The notes under the pieces: model-generated
The model's database searches: none
Told to the model about the DNA's origin: nothing
The model's input: only the letters and a program-made list of their open reading frames with translations
Program-made: the position numbers and the translations under genes
NCBI GenBank assembly: GCA_030141605.1
Contig: JAQGDQ010000059.1
Location: 434,001-498,000, forward strand
DNA: 64,000 bases
Direction of reading: 5' to 3'
Origin: Tubiluchus corallicola
Taxonomy: Eukaryota > Animalia > Priapulida
In this document: in pieces, positions 40,793-54,635 of the stretch
Layout: each line of letters begins with the position of its first letter
Position numbering within the stretch: position 1 is the first letter of the stretch

Positions 40793-41308
40793 TTATTCAT
40801 TCATTCACTCATTCATTCATCCATCCATCCATCCATCCATCCATCCATCCATCCATCCATCCATCCATCCATCCATCCATCCATCCATCCATCCATCCAT
40901 CCATCCTTTCACTCATTCGTTCATTCATTCATTCATTCATCCATTCATTCATTCATTCATTCATTCATTCATTCATTCATTCATTCATTCATTCATTCAT
41001 TCATTCATTCATTCATTCATTCATCCATCCATCCATCCATCCATCCATCCATCCACTCATTCGTTCATTCATTCATTCATTCATTCATTCATTCATTCAT
41101 TCATCCATTCATTCATTCATTCATTCATTCATTCATTCATTCATTCATTCATTCATTCATTCATTCATTCATCCATCCATCCATCCATCCATCCTTTCAC
41201 TCATTCGTTCATTCATTCATTCATTCATTCATTCATTCATTCATTCATTCATTCATTCATTCATTCATTCATTCATTCATACATTCATTCATTCATTCAT
41301 CATTCATT
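40793..41308. repeat. (TTCA)n/(TCCA)n tetranucleotide array
   Basis: Directly visible, with alternating blocks. Confidence 0.95.
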
Positions 41309-41414
41309 TAATGACTCAACCGAGCACTAAGTTGGTTCTTTGCTCTCATTCGTTTGATTAAAAACTGAAGGAGAAAATAGGGTACGGAAAACAGAATGAA
41401 AGCGAAAAAAGTGG

Positions 41415-41660
<246 letters not shown>

Positions 41661-44600
41661 ATCGTTGATAAGATGAAAGCCATTGAAGCAAAGTGCAAAG
41701 TAAGAACGTCTATGCAAAACAACGTCCTATGACGGTGATTCGCCGATGCTAAACCGAGCTTTGTTTTGAAAACCAACTCCCGCTCATCCTGATGTGTCTG
41801 GATGTCATTCTTCCAATGAAGGCGAATCTATGAATTGCTAAGCCGAAGCAAATAGTGCGACATAATTAACTCATGATCATTCAGATCAGAATCTGTAATT
41901 GCTAAATTATCTTGCTTTATACAATAATTACACTAATTACTCAAAATCATTTTTTGAGTAATCGCCGTGATATGCCGTTTTCGGTGACGGAACTTCTTGT
42001 TTTCCCTCTGTCAGACCTGCACTGTCTATAAATAGCACAAAAATCTATTTGCATTGAGACATAAATCGCAAAAAGCATAAATTTACATGAGAGGCATAAT
42101 TGTGCTTTTCGCAATGAGTTCATATTGTCATGTGCATTTCATATTTCCATGCACAATATCCCCGTAGTGATGTTTTGATATTTTATTGGATGACAAAAAA
42201 TCCACCTTTATTAGTAAAGCTAAATTTGATCAGCTGATTTTATAAAAACCCTTCTGAATTCTTATTGCAATCCACTAAAAACGCATACATTATTGAACTG
42301 AGCAAACTAGTTTTGTTTTATTTTAGCAGAATTGTATAAAAAATTTCAGTAATTACTACAACTACTAGAATACTTGTGCTAATTAAAGTAAGAAGCCACA
42401 TTTTGTGCACCTAATGTTCACGATTAGTTCCTGAATTCTACATTATATTTACGACCCAAACAAGGACATCAATCGGATACGTCATCAGGTTAAATTAAAA
42501 AGAGGCCAGTGAAGGTTCTCGGTGTTTTAGTAACTAGTATAAGATAATGCTGATTCCTAGGCTTCTCGGCCCACAGAGGTTGAAAAAATAAAAGTTTGCA
42601 GATATTATATTTTTTAAATTATATGCGGTTGCAATTCTTCAATTAATCCATGCAACTAATTATCCCATTAGTGCTGCTTATCAGAGTCGAGGTTAAATAG
42701 TTTACATTTGACATTTTTTGTGTGTCAGGCACATTTATAATTTATATATAGTCGACATTTTTCTGATTTTTCAGATAAATATCAAGGTGCAAGTAAAGTT
42801 AGTCAAAACAAATGCGAATGTTTTAATAAACTTTATTTATATAATATGAAGTATCAAAATTTTTGCAGTGTAACATCAAACTAAGACACAGGTAACATTT
42901 CTGTCAAAGCAAGAACTCAAATTTGTTTTCACGGCATTTTTTGTAATTTGCACAATTCTTAAAAAACAAAAAACAGTTAACATGGATACAAAAAGCGACA
43001 ACAATGAATATAAAAATAGTTTCGTTTAAAAAATCCGATTTTAAAGATGTATAAATTAATAATGTTGGCTTATTTCGATCCGCTCCACTGCAGTTACTTT
43101 GTTGGAAACTATCAGGGTAATTGTGTTTATTATCAGCTAATTTTTAAGCAGTTACATAGTCATTATATTGCAACTAAAAACTCTTTTTTAGGCACATACA
43201 ACAATGTAAGTAATACTATATATGAATCTCTAAATACTGGGCGTGATATTAGTGTCAACAAGAAGTTCTACAACAATCAATAGTTATTGTTTCGTATTAT
43301 ACAAACATGTATATGTACACAACTGACTCTACGTTTTCTATAGAATAAATAATAATAATAGATAGCTCAGCCTGCTGAGTAACTATACTTTACAATACGC
43401 ATTTACATTTCACTGTTGCTTTATACTATTTGTACTGCAATGGTCTTGCATATATGTAGTGATGACCAATCAATACAATTATGATACTTGTTACAGTGTA
43501 CAATAATGGTTATAAAAACATACTGACTACAGGCGCATAACATTTACCTTATATTAGTTATTTTGTTGTATGCAATTTATCTCCTTTAGAATGTTAAACT
43601 GCATTGGCACTAGACCAAACAGAAATTTCATCCATTTTTTCTTTACTTTCAATAGTTTTTCAAATTTTAAGACATAAACCCATCAGAAATTCTATTTTCA
43701 AAATCGGTTTCTAATTAACACATCTACTTTCTTTCTAGAGTTTACTAAGAAAAGAGGCTTACAACTGATTAAATTTTATTTGGTAGTAGCAAGGGCTTGT
43801 CCTGGATTAGCTGCTGCTTGAGTGCATGTTCTCGAAGTCTGAATCCTTCGTCAAGAGTAAATTTCTAATTTAGCCCCCATGATGACGTCAGCAGAGCTAG
43901 TTAAGTCCTCTCATCATTCAACGGGGCGCTAGTTTCAGATGAGCTTTAGTTTCAGACAAGCTTAAAGCTCAAATTGATTACATGCGCGTGGCACGATTAG
44001 AACAATTACACGAAGCCCAGTCCTACTAATGAGGCCACACTTAATCCAGGTTACTGTTAATATTACTTACCATTCTAGGAACAATAGATACTAGCAGGTA
44101 CTTTTGGGTCAATGAAGATGTCAATTCTAACCAATATATTTAAAATTTAAAACACTGAAACTAATGTATCAAAAGAAAATCGAAAACGAAGATAATCCTT
44201 AGCGTTATAGTTACGCAGGACATAAATGAGCCATTATGACTTTGGAATATTTTGGGGAAGGGGAAGACAGGAATAACAATAGCAACAGATGCAAACTAAT
44301 CAGATAAGAAGAAAAACTGGCCAACACACCAAAACTGTCAAATCTTTCGTTTTTCAGTCTTCTACTGCGACATTTACCCATGTTGACATGGGGAAAAAAG
44401 CAGCCTTACAATTAGCATTAGATATCAAGTTTTTATTTTCTTACCGCCAGTTTTTACGTACCTACCCTCAGCACGTTTAAGCCTAATCTAGGAATAAGAG
44501 AGGTTATTCTTCTAATCTCAACGTTTTTTTTAATTAATTGCGATGGTTCTTAGCTATAACTCACCCACGCGTGCGAGAAACAGTGAAGCACTTAATTCGT

Positions 44601-46175
44601 GCCCTTAATATGGTCATGCGTGTACACGCAGCGTGTGCATTAAATCTCAATTACTTGCTGTCGCAGCAGAGCCTGCCATTAAATCATTTGTTGACGTATA
44701 ATTGACTAACTAAATATAGCAGCCGTTATTGAACACAATTTGTCAAAGCCGCTTATATTTAACTTGCAAGTAGGAGAAGCCCGCATTGTACGAAGCCCGG
44801 GCGCAGTACTTAGTGAAAGAGGCGCCTTTAAGAGCAAATGGGATGAAACTGTGGCGAGGTCTCGCACACGCTTTATTCTTTACGCTTCCAATGTCGTCAA
44901 GGCGATGCATTGGAACAGATGACTAGAACTTATTGCAAAATCTGGCCTATGTTACTCTTTTGTGGTTAATCGAGGTCATACTGTTCAGAAATAGCATTCC
45001 TCTGAAAGGCCAAAGTCTTAAAATTTATCTTTTCATGCTTTTCCTAAGTTAAGTGCTTAGCCAATGCTTATCGAACGTTTGAAAACAGTGTCACATTGAA
45101 ACTGATAGTCTCACTAAAAACAAGCTTATTCGGGATTGAGTGATTTTCTGCTTGCTTTCAAGGGCATGTGAAAGTAAACTTAAATCGAGAAACCATCATC
45201 ACATCAACAGGACTGGGTTCTTGTAAAAGTTATAACAATTTACCAAAAGTAATGCATCTGCAGCAGAGTGCAGAGTTTGCTGACTATTGATAATTTTTTT
45301 GCCACAAACTCTGACGCAGTTCTGCAACTCCCGTTCTAAATTCTCTAAGATCAGTAGTTGTTATCGAGTGTGTTATTAAGAATATTATGGTTTTATAATG
45401 GGACGTTTCTCCACAGCGACTTTGTTCTTGGTCTAAAGCTATTCGAGGCTACTGAAAGAGGACGAAAGAAATAGTCTATTACGTAGTATTTAGGTTGCCT
45501 TAATAACGTAGCAAAGGATCAGGAAGAAGGTCTGTAACCATCTGCCGCTTGCAGTTAAACCCCAGTCCTGGAAACTGAAATTGTTATGACGAAAAATATC
45601 AAACTTAATTTGAGTGTTTTGGATAAAAGTTTGATAATTAGTGGAATTGCACAAGCATTTACAACGCAAACAACCAGAACAGCTGGTACTGGCCTGGATT
45701 GATTATGTTTTCATTTCATTTTCTTGGTTTCACAAGTTTCCTGGATTTTGCTAATTTGTCAGTTTACCCAAACGTAATTTATAAACGCGGGAGATCACAT
45801 TAAATTATACAATGATTAAGTAATTATTACAGATTATTTGTAGTTTGTATAAAATCTGGTTTACACGTATTATGACTAATGTAGTAGGCCTGGCTGACTT
45901 TTTTATTAATTAAATATGTTCATCCTTTAGGCCTCTGCCTTCAGACTGCTGATAATGGAATGCCTTTGAATTGTTGCATTTTCGGTCCTTCGGATGACTC
46001 GAAACTTCTGCGGATAGCAGGTCCACAGGGATGTGTGAAAATTTCCCCGGATGATTATCGTTTAACTAGGCGCTTGCCCAAGTTATGCCCATTTTATATT
46101 CTAAATTATTCTTCTGGTTCTTACTGTGGCTATCTTAGCACACACGACTTAACATTTAATTAATTATAACACTGT

Positions 46176-47312
46176 TTATTGAGAAACGTGATCGGCATCA
46201 GCACTATCACAATCTGGTAACGACAAGATCCATTCTCGTAGCCGCCTTTCCTTGAATTCCTTTTCTTCTAGTAGTTCTGTGCCACTATTGGTTTTACCAG
46301 CTGCATTATATTTGGACGCATTTAGTTCTCCACTGTCTGACCTGCTGCCATTGATCTCAGATGTAGCATATCTGGAAGCGTTGCGCCGCCGGATCCACCT
46401 ATTATCCATGTACTTATAGATCTCCTCGATCTTACATCGTCGCTCTGGTTTCACCTCCAGAAATCTCCGGAAGAGGCGCATCAGTCGCGGTGAAAACTTG
46501 CGCCACTGCGATGGTATCTTAACAGTCTTTCGTTTCTGCCAAAGTAAGAATTCGTTATAGTATGAGTCGTCGAACACTGCCTTTTCCCAAGGAAAATTTC
46601 CTGTAAGGCAACAGTACAATGTCACGCCAAAGGACCAGACATCGATATTGGTCTCACAACTGTAACCCTCATTATAGACGGCATCACATATTTCTGGTGG
46701 AGTGTACGGAATACTGCTGTTCTTCTTCTTTACCAGAGTACCGGCCTTTCTTGATAGACCAAAATCTGTCAACTTCACCTTCTGAATGTTCTCATCAAAG
46801 ACTAGAATGTTTTCTGGCTTTACATCTCGATGCACAATGTCCTTGCTGTGCATGAACTCAATGGCTGATGATATTTGTTGCATAATTTTCTTCACACACT
46901 CTTCAGGTAGACCTTGCTGAGGCGGAATTACCTCAAAGAGGTCACCGCAAGGGGCGTACTCTTGCACAAACACGTAAGAATGTTTTGTTTCGAAGGCCAC
47001 GTCGTATGTCATGACAATGTTTCTATGTGGAGAGAGATAATAACTCAGTTCAAACTCCCTCTGAAAGTCCTTTAACTTGGTATCGTCCTTGCTCATGTGC
47101 TTGAGCGCGATCACAGTTTCGGTCTTCCGGTGCTGGGCAAGATGCACTTTTCCATAGGTACCCTCGCCCAGCAACCGGATTATTTTGTACTCCTCGTCTA
47201 CATTGACCATGCGGAGGTCCTTCCCGGTTGTCGGCAAACCGGCCGCACTAATCCGCTTAGCATTCGAGACGAACATGTTCGTGTCTAACTGAGCGCAGTT
47301 TAAAGACGGCAT
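46176..47312 (-). CDS. SBK1: Serine/threonine kinase, SBK1 (SH3-domain-binding kinase)/meng-po-like; single coding exon, 378 aa
   Basis: Complete kinase motifs GEGTYG, IALK, HRDVKPEN, DFG, YTPPE and DVWSFG. SBK-family features include TKLKDFQREF..SYYLSPH.NI..TYDVAFET, LTGNFPWEKA and PSQWRKFSPRLMRLFRR. An in-frame TGA lies upstream at 47360-47358 and a splice acceptor TGTTTCAG at ~47385 in the 5'UTR. Confidence 0.92.
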   Translation of the reverse strand: MPSLNCAQLDTNMFVSNAKRISAAGLPTTGKDLRMVNVDEEYKIIRLLGEGTYGKVHLAQHRKTETVIALKHMSKDDTKLKDFQREFELSYYLSPHRNIVMTYDVAFETKHSYVFVQEYAPCGDLFEVIPPQQGLPEECVKKIMQQISSAIEFMHSKDIVHRDVKPENILVFDENIQKVKLTDFGLSRKAGTLVKKKNSSIPYTPPEICDAVYNEGYSCETNIDVWSFGVTLYCCLTGNFPWEKAVFDDSYYNEFLLWQKRKTVKIPSQWRKFSPRLMRLFRRFLEVKPERRCKIEEIYKYMDNRWIRRRNASRYATSEINGSRSDSGELNASKYNAAGKTNSGTELLEEKEFKERRLREWILSLPDCDSADADHVSQ

Positions 47313-49375
47313 CTTGCTTGTCTTTTGTATCTTTGCCAGTTTCTCTTGATAAATTTTTCACTCTGCTGTTTTGTTTATATTCATCTGAAACAAACACAAA
47401 AATACAATGACGTCCCATGTAGCTCAGCAAACGAACAGTTATTACACAAAACAAAGTGCAGCTTCACGTAGGCCACTGACACCAAAGTTTATCAAACTAT
47501 TATCTTTCGTAAAAAGCAGATGTGCTTAACAGACGAATGCAAATGTCCTCATGACATCTGATCTAACTGCTTTTGTATATTTTTTTCACCTGGGATGCCA
47601 TTTTAATAAATTCCAACTAGAGTTGATAATTAAGAAGTCAAGGAGTAAGTAAATATCAACACAACTTAATTTGATTTCTTTCAATGGAAGGTTAAAAAAC
47701 TCATATTGTCTGCATGAAGTGAAGTTCAGAGCTTACATAAACTTACAATCGCTCATATAAAAACAAAATAGCAAATCAGTGCCCTCTAAACCAGAAGTAA
47801 CTGTCAAACCAGAATAATTACAGCACCACAATATTAGCTTCACCAATGCAATAAAATTTGCCCGACAGCGACTCATTTTGGACATGTAGATGAGTCTCTT
47901 GGCCTAGAAACTTCAATGAAAGTTGTTCGGTGAAACAGATGAAATCGCATCAATAAAATCGAATGAATAACACGCTTATTACCTTAACAATCTTAAGTGA
48001 CCCAAAATAGAAGCCGCAGCGAAGACATAATGCGATTAGAAGCAGTGAAGACTGCGTTCTGTTCTGAAGGCTTTCTCTGCGCTGAAACCACAATGATTCC
48101 ATGAATCGCTTGAGTTTATGAAGCTCGTTCAACAAAATTGACGCAAATGCCAAAATACTACAAGCGGCGTTCAAGTCGAAAACACTGTGCTACGGCAGCT
48201 GTTTCGCATTAAGCCCACAGGCGGCGCCAACACTTTAGTCTGAAAGAGAGTTTTGAAACGCCTAAAAGTCAATGTTAATACTACAGAAGCTATACAAGTC
48301 ACGTGCTCTGTCAAAAAAGGCCAATAGTATGGAAAATAATTTCACTTTAACATTTCCTCCAGTCATGTTTGCTTTCCTGATAATAGATGACATGGAATCT
48401 ACCATGGATCCGACGACTGAGTTTTTAAGTTTACATGAAACTAAAGACAGGGTCTATGTGAAGCTTTCAAGTGGTGAATTACAGACGACTACAAGTTTAA
48501 AGTTAAAGACGACGACTGAGGTAATCCAGATCCTTTGGAAACCGAAACTTGAATTTCTCTAATGCAATCTCACCAGGCATATGATGAAGTATGTGTAATC
48601 CATTTTAAAGAATAAGATATTGCATAAGACACAACCCACTGAATATGAAGTTTTTCTGTACAGGTTTTCTGAACAACTTACTATCTTTCGCTATTTTTCT
48701 ACTTAGCTTCCAGTTTTTAGCAAAACTGATTTTGATTTTTCCGCCACAGCACTAGCACCATATGTTCTAATAACGGTTTCTTCATTTCTCTTTACTGTGC
48801 GAGTGACCATAACTATAGACAGTTGTTGCATCAACTCTAAAGATCTTGTATTTATTACACGCCGTGTTTCAAAGCGTAAGTTCAAGCGAGAACAAAAACT
48901 CCGTATTACAGAAAAAATAGAAACAAAATAGGAGCAATACCTATTGTATTACTTATAGCAACAATGAAAGTGTTTTCAATGTTTCCCGTGTGTGTTTATT
49001 GCAGGGCAAACAGCTATCATAGGTGAAATTTTTGGGAAACTAGGAACTAGGAATATCGGGTCTTTTTATGAGCAGTTGAAGTTCTCCTAAACATTGATAT
49101 GTAAAGAAATGCTTCAGACAAACACATGCATGCTGACTACCAAAGAAAATCCCATTTAAGATTCTATGAGCCTAATAAGCAAAACAATTGAAAATAAGAA
49201 CTATGTGTTTGAAATTTTTTTGGCAATCTTCCCAGAATCTTAATGCTGAGAGACAATCAGACGTTATAAGAATCTTTAAATAGATTAATTTTTTCGGATT
49301 AAGTTCCCTCAATTGGCTCTGACATGCTGGTGAAGCCTTATTATCGTTTCTATTCTAATATCTTTTTTGCATTAC

Positions 49376-49760
49376 CAGAGGCGTAGCTAAGTCGGGGCAA
49401 CACTGGGCAATCGCCACTGGGGGCAAAATTCTGATAGTGTTCAATGACTGTTAATTATTAATTATTAATCCGACATTAACAAAACAATTAACAACAGTTT
49501 TCAAGCTACAAAAAATTGCCTAGTCAGAGATCATCGTAGCTGACTTAATTACCACATAGAAAAGAATTATTCTGGTGAAGTACCGCAAATCAAACTCAGG
49601 ATGATTTTTAGAAAAAATTCGCTTATCTTTATCCCATCATATCGAAAAGGAAGGTCGGGATCAGGGACGTAGAAAGCGCGCATAGTTTGAGGCTTCACCC
49701 ACAAAACAAATGATAAAAAGGTTTTGCCCCCGGGTGTAACAAACACTTGCTACGTCCCTG
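49376..49760. mobile_element. MITE-like element, ~385 bp
   Basis: Imperfect terminal inverted repeats CAGAGGCGTAGC / GCTACGTCCCTG and internal inverted GGGGGCAAAA / TTTTGCCCCC. No clear target-site duplication. Confidence 0.6.
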
Positions 49761-52700
49761 CCTTGTATACATACATGTTCTACGCATGTCATTTTACTAC
49801 TGTGCAAAAGTACACTTTATGTCACGTAAAAAATGTTGAGTATGCTAATTTGACGTAGTCTGGACGAAAATCAACTGCTAAAATCTGAATGCTCTGAAAA
49901 CAAAAGTTCATTTGAAATTCAAAATAATCTGCGAACAAACGTGACAAAATGCGTTTTGTATGGGGATTTCACTCTCAGTTTTCAAAGCAGACGAGATGCT
50001 GTGACTGGACCTGTCATCGTGTGCACCATTAATGACGTCACAAGTCTTCCGAATGTTTAGATAGCGTGCGCTACCAATCACGAGATGACTTCTCCCTACT
50101 AAGGAAGCAGTAAAATGTCTAAACATTTGAATAAGAACGCTGCATTAAGCACGTAGACAACTTTGGGTTTGAAATGCATCTATTTCAGGCACACTATAAT
50201 CACGCTCTCTTCATAAATAACGTTTGCATACTTTTGTTGTCTATTCATTTTGTAATTCAATGACTTATGTTTTAATTCATGTTCCTTAATAAATGTAATA
50301 CTAGATTTATATATAAAGGAAAAAACGCTCGCTATTTTGCAGTTTCTGTACAAAACTTCATTAAAATATATAATCAAATTATAAATTTAATGACAAATAT
50401 TTCACGTCTACAAAAACTACTAGAAGTAAAACTCAATCTGACCACTAACAGTTAAATCTAACCCGTTTAAAATATATTTTGCGAACTAATTTCTAACGTA
50501 GCTTGTCTTTTTATGCAGAAAATAAGAATTACAAGAGCTGAATATTTACTGAATCACTGCAAGTGGGTAGTTAAATTCATGAATTTTGACGTATTGTCAT
50601 TTTGTCATTACTCATGTGCTCCACGTATATTTCACTGTGTGAAGGCAAGCAGAATACGCGAATTACGTAACCCTGGTTCTGTTACCATGCATTGTTACAA
50701 GTGTCCGAAGGGTATCGTTGTTGCGGTGATGAACTCAAGAAATCCTAGTTGAAGCAATGATCATTAAAGTCAGAAATACATTCGTCGAGTCTCGAGATAT
50801 ACGAGCTGATATCATTATCATTTTAAGTTCTGGAATTTAATTCTAGGCAGGTGTTACTCAGTATATGGTTACTATCTATACCCGATAATGTACTACGAGC
50901 AAAATCTAACTAACTAACTGGAGAAAAAATTTGGCATTTTTCCATGCTAGACGCACTAAGTTGATTACATAAGAGACAACCGGAGATTAAAGAAATCTTT
51001 CAATGCGATAAAATTTTTGGCTAACTTCCAGATTACGGTTGAGACGATTTCATTTAAGTGAAAAGCAATTCCAAATTTCGTTTAAACCAACAATCGAAGA
51101 AATGTTTGAATTCATAAAATCAACAAAATTAGCTTTGGGAGCAGAAACCGTATGGAAGATGATGACTGAGGGAGTTCAGTAAGAGAAGAGGTTCTTGAAA
51201 GGTTTCCCGACGCTGTGAAAACAACTTTTACTTATGAAACCTGCGAACAGCTTTAGATGTATTCAGCCAGCTTCTCTGTAGCAATCCTTGCCAGCAGAAG
51301 CTGTTTGGCTTGAACGGTTGTTTATCCCACCCAGCGGTTTCCAGCCTGATTCGCGATTCTCAGAAATAATAACATCTCCTCGTCAACAGTCGATTGGCTT
51401 CCAGCAAAATGCTAAAGTGCATAGAAAATAAAGCAGTTAATGGATATTATGGGAAACACAATGGCTTCTGGAAATCGTGAGCTATGGAAATCATTTTTTG
51501 GGTTTTGAATGGGATTTTCTGTGAAGCTCCGTCACTTTAAATTTGAATATAAGCATAATAGCGCCTAAGATCACTTAGGCGACAGTATACAATTATAGAA
51601 ACCGCCTTACTGGAATTAGCATCTTATAACGTATTTTCGCCTTTAAAGACATCTTCAAATCTCTTAAATCAAGGGAAACAACATTTAAGTTAATATCAAC
51701 AACTTTAGGTCACCTTTTGAAAATGGCTGACAGAAACAATTTTCTAAAAAAGTATACTAAAATTTCATTAGACTGATCACAATTAATAACTGCTCAAGTT
51801 CGCGAATTTGAAATTTAATCACGTAGGCCCCTATCATTAGAAAAAAGATATATTTTTAAAGTCACAAAATTGATATCAAAATTTACGTGAATAAAAATTT
51901 GAAAAAAGAAGGAAAGCAAATGTTTAAGATTAAAAATTGCATTATGTGAAATTGTAAGCTTTCTGCAAAAAATATTGCATTTTTATTATTTATTATTTAT
52001 TTTACGGTTTATTAATTTTGCAAAGTTTTATCCGCGAAAAGTTTTGACAAAAATTTTATCACACTGAAAATGCTTCTTTTTTCCAATAATCAGGGCTCAG
52101 CGAATGAATTTCAAAGGCACTAATTTGTGTAATTTTTAAGTAAAACCGGTTTAATAGTTCTTGTATGCATTTCAAAGAGTTGTTTTTTATAAAAGTTAAT
52201 CAACAGTCATTACTATCAAAGTTCAGAAAGTGCCTAAAAAGACGTTTCCAATTAGAACAGAGTGCATTTGGCGACTTGAAATTTTCTAAATGTCCACGGC
52301 TACTTTTTAGTAAAAGAAATCGAGTACCAACAATGACAGCTTTAAGTTTCAACTTTCTGCGATTAAAAGCGAGCGTTAGATTGATATGAAGCTGACGTTT
52401 TCACCACATAACTATGCTGGATTGTCAACGCGCCATTGATTTCGTCCTATTCGCGCGTGAAAGGACGCGACTGATGATTTTTACGATTGGTGCATTATTT
52501 AATCGGCACTAAATCGGTGCTGGGTACCTATTGTACAACGCTGATGAGAACTGGAATAGAAGAGATGATTTCGAAATGTAGTTGATTAAATAGAATTCGT
52601 GTTTTCACTGCTTGGCGAAGCGGGCGAAGAAAGTTTCTGTTCCCTTTTCTTTAAACCAACTGGAAAATAAGAGGAAATTCTATTTTTTTTTCATTTCAGA

Positions 52701-53955
52701 AAGTCTTTCCCCACAGTTTTAGATTTCTTACATTAATTAGTGCTCCTTACGATTATGAAATGTTTGCATTTACAGTAGTACGACGGCAAGTCATTTACGA
52801 CGATAGTAGTGATGATGATAATATGGACGGTAATCATGACGATGACGATGATACGTGTGTAATGATTTTTTAATATATAGCTCAGTGTTAGGCGAGCATT
52901 ACCCAGCGGCCAGACCAAAACTCATTTCATCCATGTTAATCTTGTAAGGTGAAACACAGAACTGGGAAAGCTGTCTTAGTTAGTTACGGATCATACTTCC
53001 TCCCTCTTGAGACAGAGACGAGACAGTACAGCAGACGAAACCACACAGAAGCAGCTTTCCTGGCACTTACTATTAAGCATTGTTCAATTCACACTGTGAC
53101 TACTAAGCTATTCCTCGCTTTATTGAGGAAACCTGCTTTTCGCGGAGTTTTAGAAGACAAGAAGTGCTAGTATATACAAAAAGGTAATTCTTTTTAGTAC
53201 AATTATTTAAAGCTCATCTCTTCGCACTTCTTCACACTTCAGTAAACAGCATGACACTACAAAATGAAACACAGAGACGCTGCATGGAAGCAAATAACGC
53301 TAAACCCGATTTGGTTTACTCGGCAAAATTAGAATGAAGTAGATTCTCCTTGACACTAATTATACTTGAAGATACAATGAAGGCAGTGTCATCATCGATA
53401 ACTTTGCGAATTTGCAAGCACCCATTTATATCTTGTTGATCAACTGGTAACAGCCTCACAGAACATTATTTTTCAAGAAATTTTGAATTTCTAAAAACTT
53501 TGCAGACCATAACCACAAGCTCCCCTACCAACTTCACAATCAGTTTTCCTCTGCTCAATGCCCTGCCGATTCCGCATTTAATGTGTGAGGTAGCGTGACC
53601 CAATTCTGGAGCCGCTTCTATTAAATTTGACTGCTGAGCACGTCAGAAAACGCAAAGACGAAATCAATCGCCTGATGAAAGAACTAATGAAAGAAAGACA
53701 CAATCTAGTCAGTACCAAGGATTCTCGTGGCACGATCTAGCTGAGCTGCACTTTTCCATAATTAAGACCGTCAGATTAATTCAAATAAAAGAAGATTGCA
53801 GGCGATTAGCGCCTCTGAATAATGCTAGTTTTAAAGAAGCCAAACCTTATACACCGAGCAACAGCTGTCGCTCCTCCCAAAAAACTACAAATTACCAATG
53901 AATTATCAAAACAGTCCGGAAATAAAAAATACATGCACATATAGGTTAAAGGATT

Positions 53956-54146
53956 TGGCTAAAGTTTACAATTCCCCACACACAAGAAATTACTTCGTGA
54001 AGCAGATTGGGGTTAAGGTTAGGATTAGGGTTACAGTTGTGTTAGGGTTGGATTAGGGTTGCCGTTAGGGTTGGGTTAGGGTTAGGGTTAGGGTAATTTA
54101 TTTATTTGTGTATTTATTAAATTGTCTAGGAAATTGTAAACTCCTT
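53956..54146 (+). mobile_element. Short non-autonomous element with subterminal inverted repeats and an internal (TTAGGG)n, copy B
   Basis: AGTTTACAATTCCC (53963) / GGAAATTGTAAACT (ends 54142) flank TTAGGG repeats. It shares AAGAAATTA.TTCGTGAAGC.GATT and both flanks with the reverse complement of 40232-40384. Confidence 0.72.
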
Positions 54147-54406
54147 CCAAGGGTTTTCTATTATTTTCGTTTGTTAAATACGTTTTCATATAATAAATTG
54201 ATTAACTTTTTTCTGTGCCTTTCTTTCTGTGCTTCTCTTCTGGACCTCTAAGGAGGAAAGTGTAGTTATCCATAATAGTTTCCTTAAATATGCTATTATT
54301 TAACAGTACTATTTAATATAACTTGATAGATCTGTACAGCCATAAAAGAATGTGGCATGCACTTAACTTCTTGATGTAATTTTTAACAATAATTCTTGAT
54401 AACATT

Positions 54407-54452
54407 ATATTATTATTATTATTATTATTATTATTATCATTATTATTATTAC

Positions 54453-54524
<72 letters not shown>

Positions 54525-54539
54525 CATTATTATTATTAC

Positions 54540-54633
<94 letters not shown>
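54407..54633. repeat. (ATT)n microsatellite
   Basis: Directly visible. Confidence 0.97.
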
Positions 54634-54635
<2 letters not shown>

